Positions 8,335 through 18,081 of a stretch of 45,258 nt of DNA are shown here, piece after piece (positions within the stretch are counted from its first letter, which is position 1; each line of letters opens with the position of its first letter). A model generated the notes under the pieces. The model was not told where the DNA came from. It searched no databases and saw nothing but the letters and a program-made list of their open reading frames with translations. Position numbers and translations under genes: made by a program. The DNA is taken from positions 1 to 45,258 of the forward strand of contig JBFJHJ010000028.1 in assembly GCA_041613315.1 (NCBI GenBank), written 5' to 3'. This stretch comes from Gemmatimonadales bacterium. Its GTDB lineage: Bacteria > Gemmatimonadota > Gemmatimonadetes > Gemmatimonadales > GWC2-71-9.

Positions 8335-8832
8335 CTACGCGGAGGCGGTCCGCGCCGCGAGCTGCCGATCGAGCAGGAGCAAGGCCGCGCCACTGTCCCC
8401 GGCGAGCCGGACCTGCGAGACGAGGTCGCCCGCCGTCTTCTCCTCTTCCATCTGCTCCGCGATGAACCACTGGAGCTGGAGCTGGGCGGGGTAGTCCTTC
8501 TCCTTGAGCGCCAGCTCGTAGAGGTCGGTGATCGCCTTGGTCACATCCTGTTCGTGCTGCAGCGCCTGTTCCATCACCGTGACGGGGCTCGTAAACCCTG
8601 TCGGGGGCTGGGCGATCGCCTTGAGCCGGACCGGGGCACCGCGGTCCAGCAGGAAATCGAACAGCTTCAACGCGTGCGCCGTCTCCTCCTGGTGCTGCAT
8701 CCGCATCCAGTGCGCGAAGCCGGGGAGGCTCTCCTGTTCGAAATACGCGGCCATCGAGAGATAGAGGTAAGCGGCGTAGAACTCGTCCGCGATTTGCTCG
8801 TTGAGACCGGCAACAACGGCGTCACTCGACAT
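8335..8832 (-). CDS. ftnA: Non-heme ferritin
   Basis: LNEQIADEFYAAYLYLSMAAYF, QEETAHA, HEQDVT and LQWFIAEQMEEE carry the ferroxidase-centre residues. Confidence 0.95.
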   Translation of the reverse strand: MSSDAVVAGLNEQIADEFYAAYLYLSMAAYFEQESLPGFAHWMRMQHQEETAHALKLFDFLLDRGAPVRLKAIAQPPTGFTSPVTVMEQALQHEQDVTKAITDLYELALKEKDYPAQLQLQWFIAEQMEEEKTAGDLVSQVRLAGDSGAALLLLDRQLAARTASA

Positions 8833-8910
8833 GCGTCGCGCTCCGCGGTACAAGGACTCGATCGGTGCCTGGCCCCGACGCGGGTGGGAGCGCCGGGCCT
8901 CGCAATATAC

Positions 8911-9774
8911 TTACCGGCCGCGCGCGGGCGACGCCGCCGTCGCCGCGCCGAGCGTCGCGACGAACCGCCGCGCCGCCACGGCGCGCGCCACCCAGAAATC
9001 GCGGATGGCTACCGCGAGCGGCTCTCGCACCGCGTGGAGACCGGCCCACGCGTCGAGCTCGGCGGCGAGCCAGCCCAACATGGCTCCGGGATCCTGCGCG
9101 AGCAGCGCCCGCAGCGTGAAGCGACGTTCCCCCACCCGGAGGCCCAGTCCAAGCTCGCGCCCCGCCCGAGCCAGGCCCGCGCGCGTCACGATCATGCCAC
9201 CGGTGACCGGGGTGAGCAGCGCGCCAACCACGTCGTCCAGCGTCGCCGTGCCCGCGTCCGGCAGCGCCGGCGCCTCCCGCAGATGGAGTGGCAGCGTCGC
9301 CGGCGGATCCAGCGCCTCGGCCTCTCGCCGCAGGGCTTCCCGCAACACTCGCGCCCACCCTCGATACGCCGCCGGGGCGATCCGTTCCATCTCGGTCAGA
9401 TACGTCGGCAGCCAACTTGCCAGGTGCTCCCAGAAAAAAGCCGCGCGCGCGCGGAGCGCCGGGCCCGACGACGCCGCGTCGGCGTGCTCGACGAGACGAG
9501 CGTAGAAGGCCAGCATCACGGCGAGGTGGTCCGGCTCCGGCGGCGGCGGCGCACCGACCGCCCGCCAGAACCCGGCGATACGATCGCGCCCTTCACCACC
9601 GAGCATCCCTTCCGGCCCCACGTACACCGAGGCGTACGGATAGAGTTGGAGCGTAAACAGCTCGGTGTAGTCCGCCGCCGTCGGGACCGCGTCCAGGCCG
9701 AGAAGCGCGGCGAGCCGCACGGTCTCGCCGGCGGGCGGCTCGGTCAGCGCGCCAAGCGCTCGGAACAGCTCCAT
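8911..9774 (-). CDS. TorD/DmsD-family molybdoenzyme maturation chaperone with C-terminal extension
   Basis: Motifs YPYASVY, EPDHLAVML and FFWEHLASWLP. Lies directly downstream of the molybdopterin subunit. Confidence 0.88.
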   Translation of the reverse strand: MELFRALGALTEPPAGETVRLAALLGLDAVPTAADYTELFTLQLYPYASVYVGPEGMLGGEGRDRIAGFWRAVGAPPPPEPDHLAVMLAFYARLVEHADAASSGPALRARAAFFWEHLASWLPTYLTEMERIAPAAYRGWARVLREALRREAEALDPPATLPLHLREAPALPDAGTATLDDVVGALLTPVTGGMIVTRAGLARAGRELGLGLRVGERRFTLRALLAQDPGAMLGWLAAELDAWAGLHAVREPLAVAIRDFWVARAVAARRFVATLGAATAASPARGR

Positions 9775-9784
9775 ACAGACCTCG

Positions 9785-12694
9785 TCACGCGACCGGCTCG
9801 GGCTTGGGCAGGCGGTAGTACTCCTTCGCCGGCTTGAGCGGCCGCAGGAGCCAGTACGGACGCCGCGTGCCGTCGGGCGAGTGCCGGTCGGCCGGGCGCG
9901 CCCGGGCGAGCCATGTCCGGTACGCCGCATGCGCCTTGGCGAGATCCACCGCGATGTCGCCGTAGCGGTCTCCCGCCGACGCCCGGCGCACCCGGACGGC
10001 CTGGTGCCAGCAGTGTTGACCCGAAATCGGGTCGGGATGGACGGGGAACGTCAGGTTCTGGTGGACGCCCACGTCCGTCCACCAAATGCGCTGCGAGTCC
10101 GGATCGGCGGACGCAAACGGTGCCGCGCCGGCGTCGCGGCGCAACGCCCAACGATCGCCGTCGTGCGTGAGGCCTACGGTCGCCATGAACTGACGCTGCC
10201 CGGGCCCGGTGAGCTTCCAGCGGCCCATGTGGTGGCTGCACGCCACGACGCCGGGACGGATCCCCTCCGTCACCCATGCCTTCACGACGAAATGACCGAT
10301 CTCGGTCTCCACCCGAACGAGATCGCCCGTCCCCACCCCGAGCCGCTCCGCATGAGACGGGTGGATCCACAGCGGGTTGGTGTGCGCGATCTCATCGAGC
10401 CACTTCGCGTTGGCGCTGCGGGTGTGGATGTGCACCGGCAGCCGGAACGTCGAGATCAGGACGGTCTGATCCGGGGCGAGCGCCTCCGGATGGACGTGGC
10501 TCCGGATGTAGGTCGGCAGCGCGTACTCCGACCACCCCCAGTCCGCGAGCGTTCGCGAATAGAATTCCAGCCGCCCGCTCGGCGTCGGGAATCCCCGGCG
10601 CACCCGGCCATCGACCCGAACACCGACCGGCCGCCGCCCCTGGGCGTCCGGCTCGGGACTCGGCTGCGGCACGATGTTGGGTGACGCCGGTTTGGGGACG
10701 CGCGTGTAGACGCGGCCGAACCGGTCCTCCCCCGGGTCCTCGAGCTCCGCCGCGGGGACCTCTTCCTCGTGGAGCGGCCCCACCCGCCGCCGCACCTCGA
10801 ACGCCCCGTAGCGCCGCATGTACGCGAGCGGCGACAGCCCCTCTGCGGCCGCGCGCTCGGGTAGGCCGGGCACGGAGTGCTCGAACGCGTACGCGTAGTA
10901 CTCGTCCACCGAGAGTTTCTCGCCCGGCCGAGCCCGCGATTCCACGTAGCGGCGGATCCCCAGCGCACCGTCGGGGTCGATGCGCCACGTCAGATCGATC
11001 CAGAACTCGTTCTCTTCCCAGACCTCGCCGGGATTCACCGCACGGGTGTCCGTGACCGGCTGGCCCTGCCGCTCCCGCAGTGCCCGGAGCACCGGCTGGC
11101 GGAAGCCGATCCACTGGGCGTCGTGCGTCTCATACGAATGCAGGTCATGCCGCTCCGAGCTGTGGCCCATCGGCAGCACGTAATCGGCGAAGTACGCGGT
11201 TTCATTCCAGGTGGGCGTCAGGGCGACGTGCACCCCAACGAGCCGCTCGTCGGTGAGGACCTCGATCCACGAGAAGCCGTCCGGATTGGTCCACACGGGG
11301 TTGTACACCCGCGTGAAGTACACCTCCAACCGGCCGCGCCCCTCCTTGAGCAGGTGCGGCAGCAGAAAGGACAGCTCGTTCATGGCCAGCGGATACTCCA
11401 CCGGCCAGGTGAGCGGGTTCCAGGTCTCGGGATGCGGCGGCGTGTGGATCGGCTTCGGGACGAACTTGTTCCAGGCGTTGGGATACGTGCTCCCTTCGGT
11501 GGCGACCGCTCCCAGCAGCGCGTTCAGCAGGAACAGCGTCCGCGACACCTGCCAGCCGCCCAGATTGCCGGCCGCGGCGCTGCGCCAGTTATGGGTCGCC
11601 AGTCGCCTCCCCGCGGTCGCGACGACCTCCGCGACCTCCTGGAGGACGCCCGCGTCCAGCCCGGACTCCTGCGACGCGAACGCAAAGGTATAGATTCCGT
11701 ACAGCTCTCGGAGCGCCGCCTCGAAATTCTCGAACGTCGGCTCGAGATCGGGGCGCTCCGTTTCCAGGTACTCCGGCCAGTTCCACCAGCGGCGGACGAA
11801 CTCGCGGTTGTAGCGCCCGGTGACGATCAGATGTCGCGCGATCGCCAGCAGGACCGCGGCCTCCGACCCCGGCTGCGAGGCGAGCCAGTAGTCGGCATGC
11901 GTGGCCGTGTTCGAGAGCCGAACGTCGAACACGATCAACTTGGCGCCCCGCTGTTTTGCCTCGATCACGCGTTGCGCGTGCGGATTGAAATAGTGACCGG
12001 TCTCCAGGTGCGAGGAAACCAGGAGGATCACCTCCGCGTTCGCGTGATCCGGGCTTGGCCGGTCGAGGCCCATCCAGTATTGGTAGCCCGCGCGGGCGCC
12101 GGACGAGCACACGTTGGTGTGAGAGTTGTGCCCGTCCACCCCCCACGCCGCGAGAATGCGCTCCGTGTAGCCGTCCTCGCCGGGCCGTCCCACGTGATAC
12201 ATGATCTCGTTGTGCCGATCTTCCTGCAGCGCCCGCCGGATCCGCGCGGCGATGTCGTCCAGCGCCTCGTCCCAGCTCACCTGCACCCAGCGGCCCTCGC
12301 CGCGTCGCCCGGCACGCTTGAGCGGAAAGAGAATGCGATCGGGATCGGTGATCTGATTCAGCGTCGCGGGGCCCTTCGCGCAGTTCCGGCCCCGGGAGCC
12401 CGGGTGCTCGGGATTGCCCTCGAACTTGCGGACCGCGAGCGTCTCCCGATCGACGTAGGCCAGCAGCCCGCACGCCGACTCACAGTTGAAGCACGTCGTC
12501 GGCACGAGGCTGTAACGGCGCTCCACCCGCTCGGGCCAACGTTTCGAGTCGAGCTCGACCCAATCATCCCACCGCTCGCGAGGCGGAAACGCCGCCAGGT
12601 GCACGCGGCTCGGGCCCGGGTAGAACGTCTCCCCCCGCGCTTCCGTCGCTTGGCGCGCGGCGCTCACGCGTTCGTTCAGCGTGTCGAGATCCAT
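9785..12694 (-). CDS. Mo/W-bisPGD (DMSO reductase family) catalytic subunit of Psr/Phs/Arr-like lineage, with no Tat signal
   Basis: 4Fe-4S motif CFNCESAC...GNPEHPGSRGRNCAKG, PLKRAGRRGEGRW...SWDEALD, putative Mo-ligand Cys in SHTNVCS, ETAYFADYVLP, FPTPSGRLEF and a C-terminal dinucleotide-binding domain. Confidence 0.93.
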   Translation of the reverse strand: MDLDTLNERVSAARQATEARGETFYPGPSRVHLAAFPPRERWDDWVELDSKRWPERVERRYSLVPTTCFNCESACGLLAYVDRETLAVRKFEGNPEHPGSRGRNCAKGPATLNQITDPDRILFPLKRAGRRGEGRWVQVSWDEALDDIAARIRRALQEDRHNEIMYHVGRPGEDGYTERILAAWGVDGHNSHTNVCSSGARAGYQYWMGLDRPSPDHANAEVILLVSSHLETGHYFNPHAQRVIEAKQRGAKLIVFDVRLSNTATHADYWLASQPGSEAAVLLAIARHLIVTGRYNREFVRRWWNWPEYLETERPDLEPTFENFEAALRELYGIYTFAFASQESGLDAGVLQEVAEVVATAGRRLATHNWRSAAAGNLGGWQVSRTLFLLNALLGAVATEGSTYPNAWNKFVPKPIHTPPHPETWNPLTWPVEYPLAMNELSFLLPHLLKEGRGRLEVYFTRVYNPVWTNPDGFSWIEVLTDERLVGVHVALTPTWNETAYFADYVLPMGHSSERHDLHSYETHDAQWIGFRQPVLRALRERQGQPVTDTRAVNPGEVWEENEFWIDLTWRIDPDGALGIRRYVESRARPGEKLSVDEYYAYAFEHSVPGLPERAAAEGLSPLAYMRRYGAFEVRRRVGPLHEEEVPAAELEDPGEDRFGRVYTRVPKPASPNIVPQPSPEPDAQGRRPVGVRVDGRVRRGFPTPSGRLEFYSRTLADWGWSEYALPTYIRSHVHPEALAPDQTVLISTFRLPVHIHTRSANAKWLDEIAHTNPLWIHPSHAERLGVGTGDLVRVETEIGHFVVKAWVTEGIRPGVVACSHHMGRWKLTGPGQRQFMATVGLTHDGDRWALRRDAGAAPFASADPDSQRIWWTDVGVHQNLTFPVHPDPISGQHCWHQAVRVRRASAGDRYGDIAVDLAKAHAAYRTWLARARPADRHSPDGTRRPYWLLRPLKPAKEYYRLPKPEPVA

Positions 12695-12704
12695 CGCCCG
12701 CTCC

Positions 12705-14243
12705 TCACGCCAGCGGGACCGCCTGTCCCGCCTGGACGTAGGCGTGCTCGTACGCGAGGAGGCCAGCCAGGGCCAACGGCGCGGCGATGACGCCGATCCA
12801 GGGCGCGGCCACCGCGCCGGCCATACACACGATGCTCACCCAGAACCAGCCGCGATAGCGACCGCGGTGCATTTCCCACGTGGCGAGTCGCGCGTGACCC
12901 GTCGGGTGGGTGAGCGTGGCCTCACCCCATACGAACAAGAGGTGCGTGAGCGCGCCGCCCGCCACGACCCAGCCGAAGGCGGGCATGGGAACGAGGCCGC
13001 TCCATGCCGCCACCACCCACAGCGCTGCCGCGCCGGCGAACAGGCTCTGCACGAGGAAGTGCGGCGGAAGCATCGGATTCTGCCACAGATCTCGCGCCTT
13101 GGACTGCGCAAAGAGATACGATGTATACACCGCCGTCAGCGCCGCCAACGGGAGGCCGGGCACCATCAGTCCCGCGTGCCAACCTGGTCGTCCCAGAAGC
13201 GTGGCCGCGAGATGCGCCGCGAGGACCGCCGCGTACGCGCCGATCACGAAGGCGCCCTTGACCAGCCAACTCTGCCACTGCGGGCGCCGGAAGATCAGAT
13301 AGAATCGTTCCGGGTGCTCGAGGTCCCAGACCAAGAGCCCGCCGGTCACCGCCAAGAAGCTCATGGCCATGACCGGGGCGACCCAACGCCACAGGGGGCT
13401 CGCTGCGTCCAGCACGCCCAGTAGCAGGAGCAGCAACGGCACGAGATAGGCCCCGGCGGCGATCCCCTTGGTCCAGGTGTACAGACTCACCCGCCAGTCC
13501 CATGGCGCGCGGTGACTCACGTCGTACGCCAGCACCGCAGCGGCGGCGCTGGTGGGTCGGTCGGGGTGACCCGACACGACGGCTTGCCTCGAGCGATCTT
13601 GCTCGCTCCACATGAAGATCCCGCCGCCCGGCCGCTGAGCCGCGAGGGGATCTAGCGTCGCCTGATCCGCGCCCACGTAGAACAGCTTGGGGTGCGTCTC
13701 CTTCTCCGGCCGCCGGACCGCGACGGGTGCACGCTGCACGATACGCGCCACCGCCGAGGCCGGGTCGTGCAGATCACCAACGAGAATCGCCTCCGTCGGG
13801 CAGACGACGACGCACGCGGGTTCGAGCCCCATGTCCAGCCGGTGCGCACAGAAGTTGCACTTCTCGGCGGCGTGGTCCTCTGGGTTGATGAAGATGGCGT
13901 CGTAGGGACACGCCGCGATGCAGGCCTTACACCCGATACACACGGACTTGTCGAAATCCACGATCCCGTCGGGGCGCCGGTACATCGCCGAGGTCGGGCA
14001 CGCGGCGACGCAGGGAGCGTCGTCGCACATGTTGCAGCGGGTCACCTGGAAAGCGCGGCGGGCCTGCGGGTAGACCCCCACATCCACGTACTTCACGTAC
14101 GTGCGGGTGACGGACAAGGGAACCTGGTTCTCGGACTTGCAGGCCGTCGTGCACGCGTGGCACCCGATGCACCGCGTGTGGTCGATGACCTTCGCCCACT
14201 TAGGCGGGCGCGCGGGCGGCGCCGCCACCGCGAGATCGAGCAT
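12705..14243 (-). CDS. Fused four-cluster 4Fe-4S electron-transfer subunit and NrfD/PsrC membrane anchor
   Basis: Cys motifs CIGCHACTTAC, CNMCDDAPCVAACP, CIGCKACIAACP and KCNFC...PACVVVCP, then PWDWRVSLY, DLEHPERF, YTSYLF and about 8 hydrophobic helices. ATG at 14243 follows GGAGG. Confidence 0.92.
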   Translation of the reverse strand: MLDLAVAAPPARPPKWAKVIDHTRCIGCHACTTACKSENQVPLSVTRTYVKYVDVGVYPQARRAFQVTRCNMCDDAPCVAACPTSAMYRRPDGIVDFDKSVCIGCKACIAACPYDAIFINPEDHAAEKCNFCAHRLDMGLEPACVVVCPTEAILVGDLHDPASAVARIVQRAPVAVRRPEKETHPKLFYVGADQATLDPLAAQRPGGGIFMWSEQDRSRQAVVSGHPDRPTSAAAAVLAYDVSHRAPWDWRVSLYTWTKGIAAGAYLVPLLLLLLGVLDAASPLWRWVAPVMAMSFLAVTGGLLVWDLEHPERFYLIFRRPQWQSWLVKGAFVIGAYAAVLAAHLAATLLGRPGWHAGLMVPGLPLAALTAVYTSYLFAQSKARDLWQNPMLPPHFLVQSLFAGAAALWVVAAWSGLVPMPAFGWVVAGGALTHLLFVWGEATLTHPTGHARLATWEMHRGRYRGWFWVSIVCMAGAVAAPWIGVIAAPLALAGLLAYEHAYVQAGQAVPLA

Positions 14244-14512
14244 TGACCCTCCACCGCATTCGGCGCGCCGGCGACGTTCCAAACGTGCTACATTGGTCGC
14301 GCGGACGCTCCTGAGCACGACCGGCGATCGCGTGTCACGCCGGCCGGTGCAACACACGTCGTCACCATATGGAACGGAGGCGTCGACTGCCCCAGGCCTC
14401 ACCGCCGGACCAATCTACGCCTCCCGCCCCGGAACGCGACCGCACCTCCAACGCCGAGCGGCCGAACGGGCTCGAACAGCTGCGGGCCTTCGCCGCCGGA
14501 CCGGTGCCGACG

Positions 14513-15334
14513 ATGACGGCGGCGTGGCTCGCGGCGTTCGTCCTGGCTCTGGTGAGTGCCCCCACCCATGCGCTCCTCATACTCCTGGGGTTCGCGGGCG
14601 CGGTGGTGGCCGGGCTCGTGGGGGTGGGCGGCGCCGTCGTGATGATCCCGCTGCTCCTGTTCGTGCCGCCGCTCCTCGGGGTGGGACCCTTCGGGATCCA
14701 CACCATCACCGGCGTCACGATGATCCAAGTCGCGGCCGCCGGGCTGGCCGGCACGCTCGGTCACGCGCAGCACGGCGCCTTTCGCGGACGGCTCGTCGTG
14801 ATCTTGGGCGGGGCGATGATGGCGGGCTCGCTCGTGGGCGCGACCGGTTCCCGATTCGCGTCGGCCGCGCTCCTGACCGCGCTGTTCGCCACCCTCGCCG
14901 CGGTGGCCGCGGTCCTCCTCCTCCTTCCGATGCGGCGGCTCCCGCGCGAGATCGAGGCGGCGGACGTGCGCTTCGACCCGCGACTCGCGATCGGGCTCGG
15001 GCTGGGCGTCGGCGTCCTGGTGGGGATGGTGGGCGCCGGCGGCGGGTTCCTGCTCATGCCCCTCATGATCTTCGCCCTCCGCATCCCGCTGCGCGTGGCG
15101 GTCGGCGCGTCGCTCGGCATCGTCACGCTGTCGGGCCTCGCCGGCGCCGTCGGCAAGAGCCTCACGGGGCAGGTGGACTGGCTGATGGCGCTCGCACTTG
15201 TGACGGGGGCGCTCCCGGGTGCCCGCCTGGGCGCCTTCGTCAGCCGCCGCACGAGCACCACAACCCTGCGGGTGATCTTGGGGCTCCTGATCGGGGCCGT
15301 GGCGGTCCAGATGTGGTGGGATATTCTGCGGTAA
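14513..15334 (+). CDS. TauE/SafE (TSUP) family sulfite exporter-like membrane protein
   Basis: Duplicated GLVGVGG and GMVGAGGG motifs with AVGAS, and about 8 TM helices. The start codon is uncertain (14369 is also possible). Confidence 0.88.
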   Translation: MTAAWLAAFVLALVSAPTHALLILLGFAGAVVAGLVGVGGAVVMIPLLLFVPPLLGVGPFGIHTITGVTMIQVAAAGLAGTLGHAQHGAFRGRLVVILGGAMMAGSLVGATGSRFASAALLTALFATLAAVAAVLLLLPMRRLPREIEAADVRFDPRLAIGLGLGVGVLVGMVGAGGGFLLMPLMIFALRIPLRVAVGASLGIVTLSGLAGAVGKSLTGQVDWLMALALVTGALPGARLGAFVSRRTSTTTLRVILGLLIGAVAVQMWWDILR

Positions 15335-15456
15335 CGGGCCAGCGGGGCCGGGGCTCCACGGCACCCAGCCACCCCGATGGTGGTGGGGGCGCGGATTGGG
15401 GGGGCGGACGCGTGGAACCCACGCGCGCGCCGCCGTAGGGTGCCCGCCCGATTCGG

Positions 15457-15954
15457 TTACGTCAGCGGGAACGCCTTCCCGTGCCAGGCTGCGCCCGCCG
15501 GCACCTCCCAGCGGCCCGCGCGCAAGTCGGCCACGCGCGTCAGCGTGTTGTCGAACACCGGCGTGGCGCGGTCCACCGCGCCCGCCGCCGCCAGCTCGGC
15601 GAACCGTTCGCGCGACGCGACCACGATCTCCGCCCCGTCCCGGAACCAGACCGGCGGCGTGTCCACGAGCCGCACGCCGAGCTCGACCTGGAGCGCCTTG
15701 AGCCCACGGAACAGCGCGTCGATCGAGCACCCGGACGCGCCCGCCTGCGACTCGTCGACCCCGATGAGGAGGAATTGGTCGTGGCGCCACTCCCGGGCCG
15801 CGCGGAGCGGCGTACCGTGAGCGGTCCAGGTGTCGAGAAACGCGTCCGCCGCACCCAGCACGCGGTCGCGCTCCGGGGCGTCGAGGGGGCGCTCCGCCGC
15901 GAAAATCCAGAGCCGGGCCTGCGGCGGCAGGGTGTCAAAAGGTATGCGTGGCAT
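15457..15954 (-). CDS. Conserved hypothetical protein (WTAHG / ASGCSID motifs)
   Basis: Motifs ARLWIFAAER, WTAHG, VDE...ASGCSID and TPVFDNT...WH. Protein-like composition, function unknown. Confidence 0.75.
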   Translation of the reverse strand: MPRIPFDTLPPQARLWIFAAERPLDAPERDRVLGAADAFLDTWTAHGTPLRAAREWRHDQFLLIGVDESQAGASGCSIDALFRGLKALQVELGVRLVDTPPVWFRDGAEIVVASRERFAELAAAGAVDRATPVFDNTLTRVADLRAGRWEVPAGAAWHGKAFPLT

Positions 15955-16205
15955 GAGGCAGCCTCGATGAATGCGATCCGGTAGCGTTCTCCGCCCGTCC
16001 GAAAAACTAAGCAGATTGCGCACCGCCGTGGGAGATGGCCGGAATCAGTGGCGCGGGACACCGGGTGTTGCATACCTTACATGAAGGGAGGAAGGCGGCG
16101 GGCGCCCACGGGGGCGCCCCCCCTGGTGGCCGGGCGCCCCGAGCCCGGAACTTCAGGTGACGCCGGGACTTGTGGAGTTACCGCCCGGCAAGGTAGACAG
16201 ACTAG

Positions 16206-18080
16206 ATGAGCACTTCCGCGACCCCCGCGACGCGCGGCCCGCAGCCCCGCGAGGTCCGCGAGTCGGTGGTGATCCGCTTCGCCGGCGACTCCGGTGACGG
16301 GATGCAACTCACCGGTGCGCAGTTTACGCTCGAGACGGCCCTGGCCGGGAACGACCTGGCCACCTTCCCCGACTTCCCTGCCGAGATCCGCGCGCCCGCC
16401 GGCACGACGTTCGGCGTGTCGGCGTTTCAGATTCACTTCGGCTCGACCGACGTCAAGACCGCGGGCGACGACGTGGACGTGCTCGTGGCCATGAACCCCG
16501 CCGCGCTCATGGTGAACCTCACGGACCTGCGTGTCGGCGGCACCGTGCTCCTCGACGTCGGTGCGTTTACCAACCGCAACCTCGCCAAGGCGGGGTTCGA
16601 CGCGAATCCCCTCGAGAACGAGACGCTGGCACCCTACCAGCTCCTCAAATTCGACGTGTCGAAGCTGACGCTGAACGCGGTTCAGGAGTTCGGCCTGAGC
16701 CAGAAAGAGGCGCTCCGCTGCCGCAACATGTGGGCCCTCGGGCTCATGCTCTGGATGTACGGCCGGGATCGCAAGGCCACCGCGGAGTGGCTCGCGCGGA
16801 AGTTCGCCAAGCGACCCGAGATCCAGAAGGCGAACCTCGCGGCGCTGAACGCCGGCCACGCGTTTGGCGAGACGGCGGAGATGCCGAGCCACGTGGTGGG
16901 CTACACGGTGGCGAAGGCCGACGTCGGCCCCGGGGTCTACCGGACGGTGAGCGGCACCGAGGCGCTCGGCTGGGGGCTCATCGCGGGCGCGCATGCCGCC
17001 GGCCTGAGTCGCGTGGTCCTCGGCTCGTACCCCATCACGCCGGCGTCACCGCTGCTCCATGTGCTCGCCGCGCTCAAGCCGTTTGGCGTCGTGACGTTCC
17101 AGGCGGAGGACGAGATCGCCGCCGTCTGCTCGGCGATCGGCGCGTCCTACGCCGGCGCCCTCGGCGTGACGTCCAGCTCGGGCCCGGGGATCGCCCTCAA
17201 GGGGGAGGCGCTGGGCCTAGCGATCAGCACGGAGTTGCCGCTGGTGGTGGTCAATGCGCAGCGGGCGGGCCCGTCCACCGGCATGCCAACCAAGACCGAG
17301 CAGTCGGATCTCTACCAGGCGGTGTACGGGCGCAACGCCGATGCCCCGTTGCCCGTGATCGCCTCCTGCACGCCGACCGACTGTTTCGAGGTGGCGATCG
17401 AAGCGGTGCGGCTCGCCACCAGGTATATGACGCCGGTGATATTCCTGACCGACGGCTATCTCGCCAACGCGGCCGAGCCGTGGTTGATCCCCGATGTCGA
17501 GGACCTGCCGCGTTTCCCCGTCGCGTTTCGCACCGACCCCGAGGGGTTCCACCCGTACGTGCGCGATCCCGAGACGCTCGCCCGGCCCTGGGCGGTGCCG
17601 GGAACGCCGGGGCTCGAGCACCGGATCGGCGGCATCGAGCGGCACCACGACTCGGGCCATATCTCGTATGATCCCGACAACCACCAGAAGATGACGGCGG
17701 CCCGTGCCGCGAAGATCGCCGGGATCGCCAACGACATCCCCGAACAGGCCGTCGAGCTGGGCGACGAGCGCGGCGCGCTGGTCGTCGTCGGGTGGGGCTC
17801 GACCTACGGGCCTATCTATCAGGCGGTCAAACGCGTGCGCGCGGAGGGCGGAGCGGTCTCGCACATCCACCTCCGGTACCTGTTTCCGTTCCCCCGCAAT
17901 CTCGGCCGCCTGCTCGCCGGCTTCGACCGCGTCTTGGTGCCCGAGATGAACAACGGCCAGCTCGTCACCATGCTGCGGAGCACCTATCTGCTCCCTGCTG
18001 AAGGGCTGAGCAAGGTCACCGGCAAACCGTTCAAGATCTCGGAGCTCGCGGACGCGATCCGCGCTCGACTGGAAGGCTGA
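16206..18080 (+). CDS. korA: 2-oxoacid:ferredoxin oxidoreductase alpha subunit (gamma-alpha fusion)
   Basis: Motifs RFAGDSGDGMQLTG, AEIRAPAGT, YPITPAS, QAEDEIAA, QRAGPSTGMPTKTEQSD and EMNNGQL. Confidence 0.95.
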   Translation: MSTSATPATRGPQPREVRESVVIRFAGDSGDGMQLTGAQFTLETALAGNDLATFPDFPAEIRAPAGTTFGVSAFQIHFGSTDVKTAGDDVDVLVAMNPAALMVNLTDLRVGGTVLLDVGAFTNRNLAKAGFDANPLENETLAPYQLLKFDVSKLTLNAVQEFGLSQKEALRCRNMWALGLMLWMYGRDRKATAEWLARKFAKRPEIQKANLAALNAGHAFGETAEMPSHVVGYTVAKADVGPGVYRTVSGTEALGWGLIAGAHAAGLSRVVLGSYPITPASPLLHVLAALKPFGVVTFQAEDEIAAVCSAIGASYAGALGVTSSSGPGIALKGEALGLAISTELPLVVVNAQRAGPSTGMPTKTEQSDLYQAVYGRNADAPLPVIASCTPTDCFEVAIEAVRLATRYMTPVIFLTDGYLANAAEPWLIPDVEDLPRFPVAFRTDPEGFHPYVRDPETLARPWAVPGTPGLEHRIGGIERHHDSGHISYDPDNHQKMTAARAAKIAGIANDIPEQAVELGDERGALVVVGWGSTYGPIYQAVKRVRAEGGAVSHIHLRYLFPFPRNLGRLLAGFDRVLVPEMNNGQLVTMLRSTYLLPAEGLSKVTGKPFKISELADAIRARLEG

Positions 18081-18081
18081 G

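Noticed and set aside
9785..12694. Selenocysteine formate dehydrogenase
   Set aside because: The frame is uninterrupted. The ligand region is SHTNVCSS, without the (C/U)H motif of FDH.
1293..14342. Exact 15-mer TCGCGTGTCACGCCG at 1293-1307 and 14328-14342
   Set aside because: Several matches of this length are expected by chance in 45 kb at this GC content.
16081..16200. Riboswitch upstream of korA
   Set aside because: GGGCGCCC palindromes are present, but I could not match any known aptamer consensus such as TPP.
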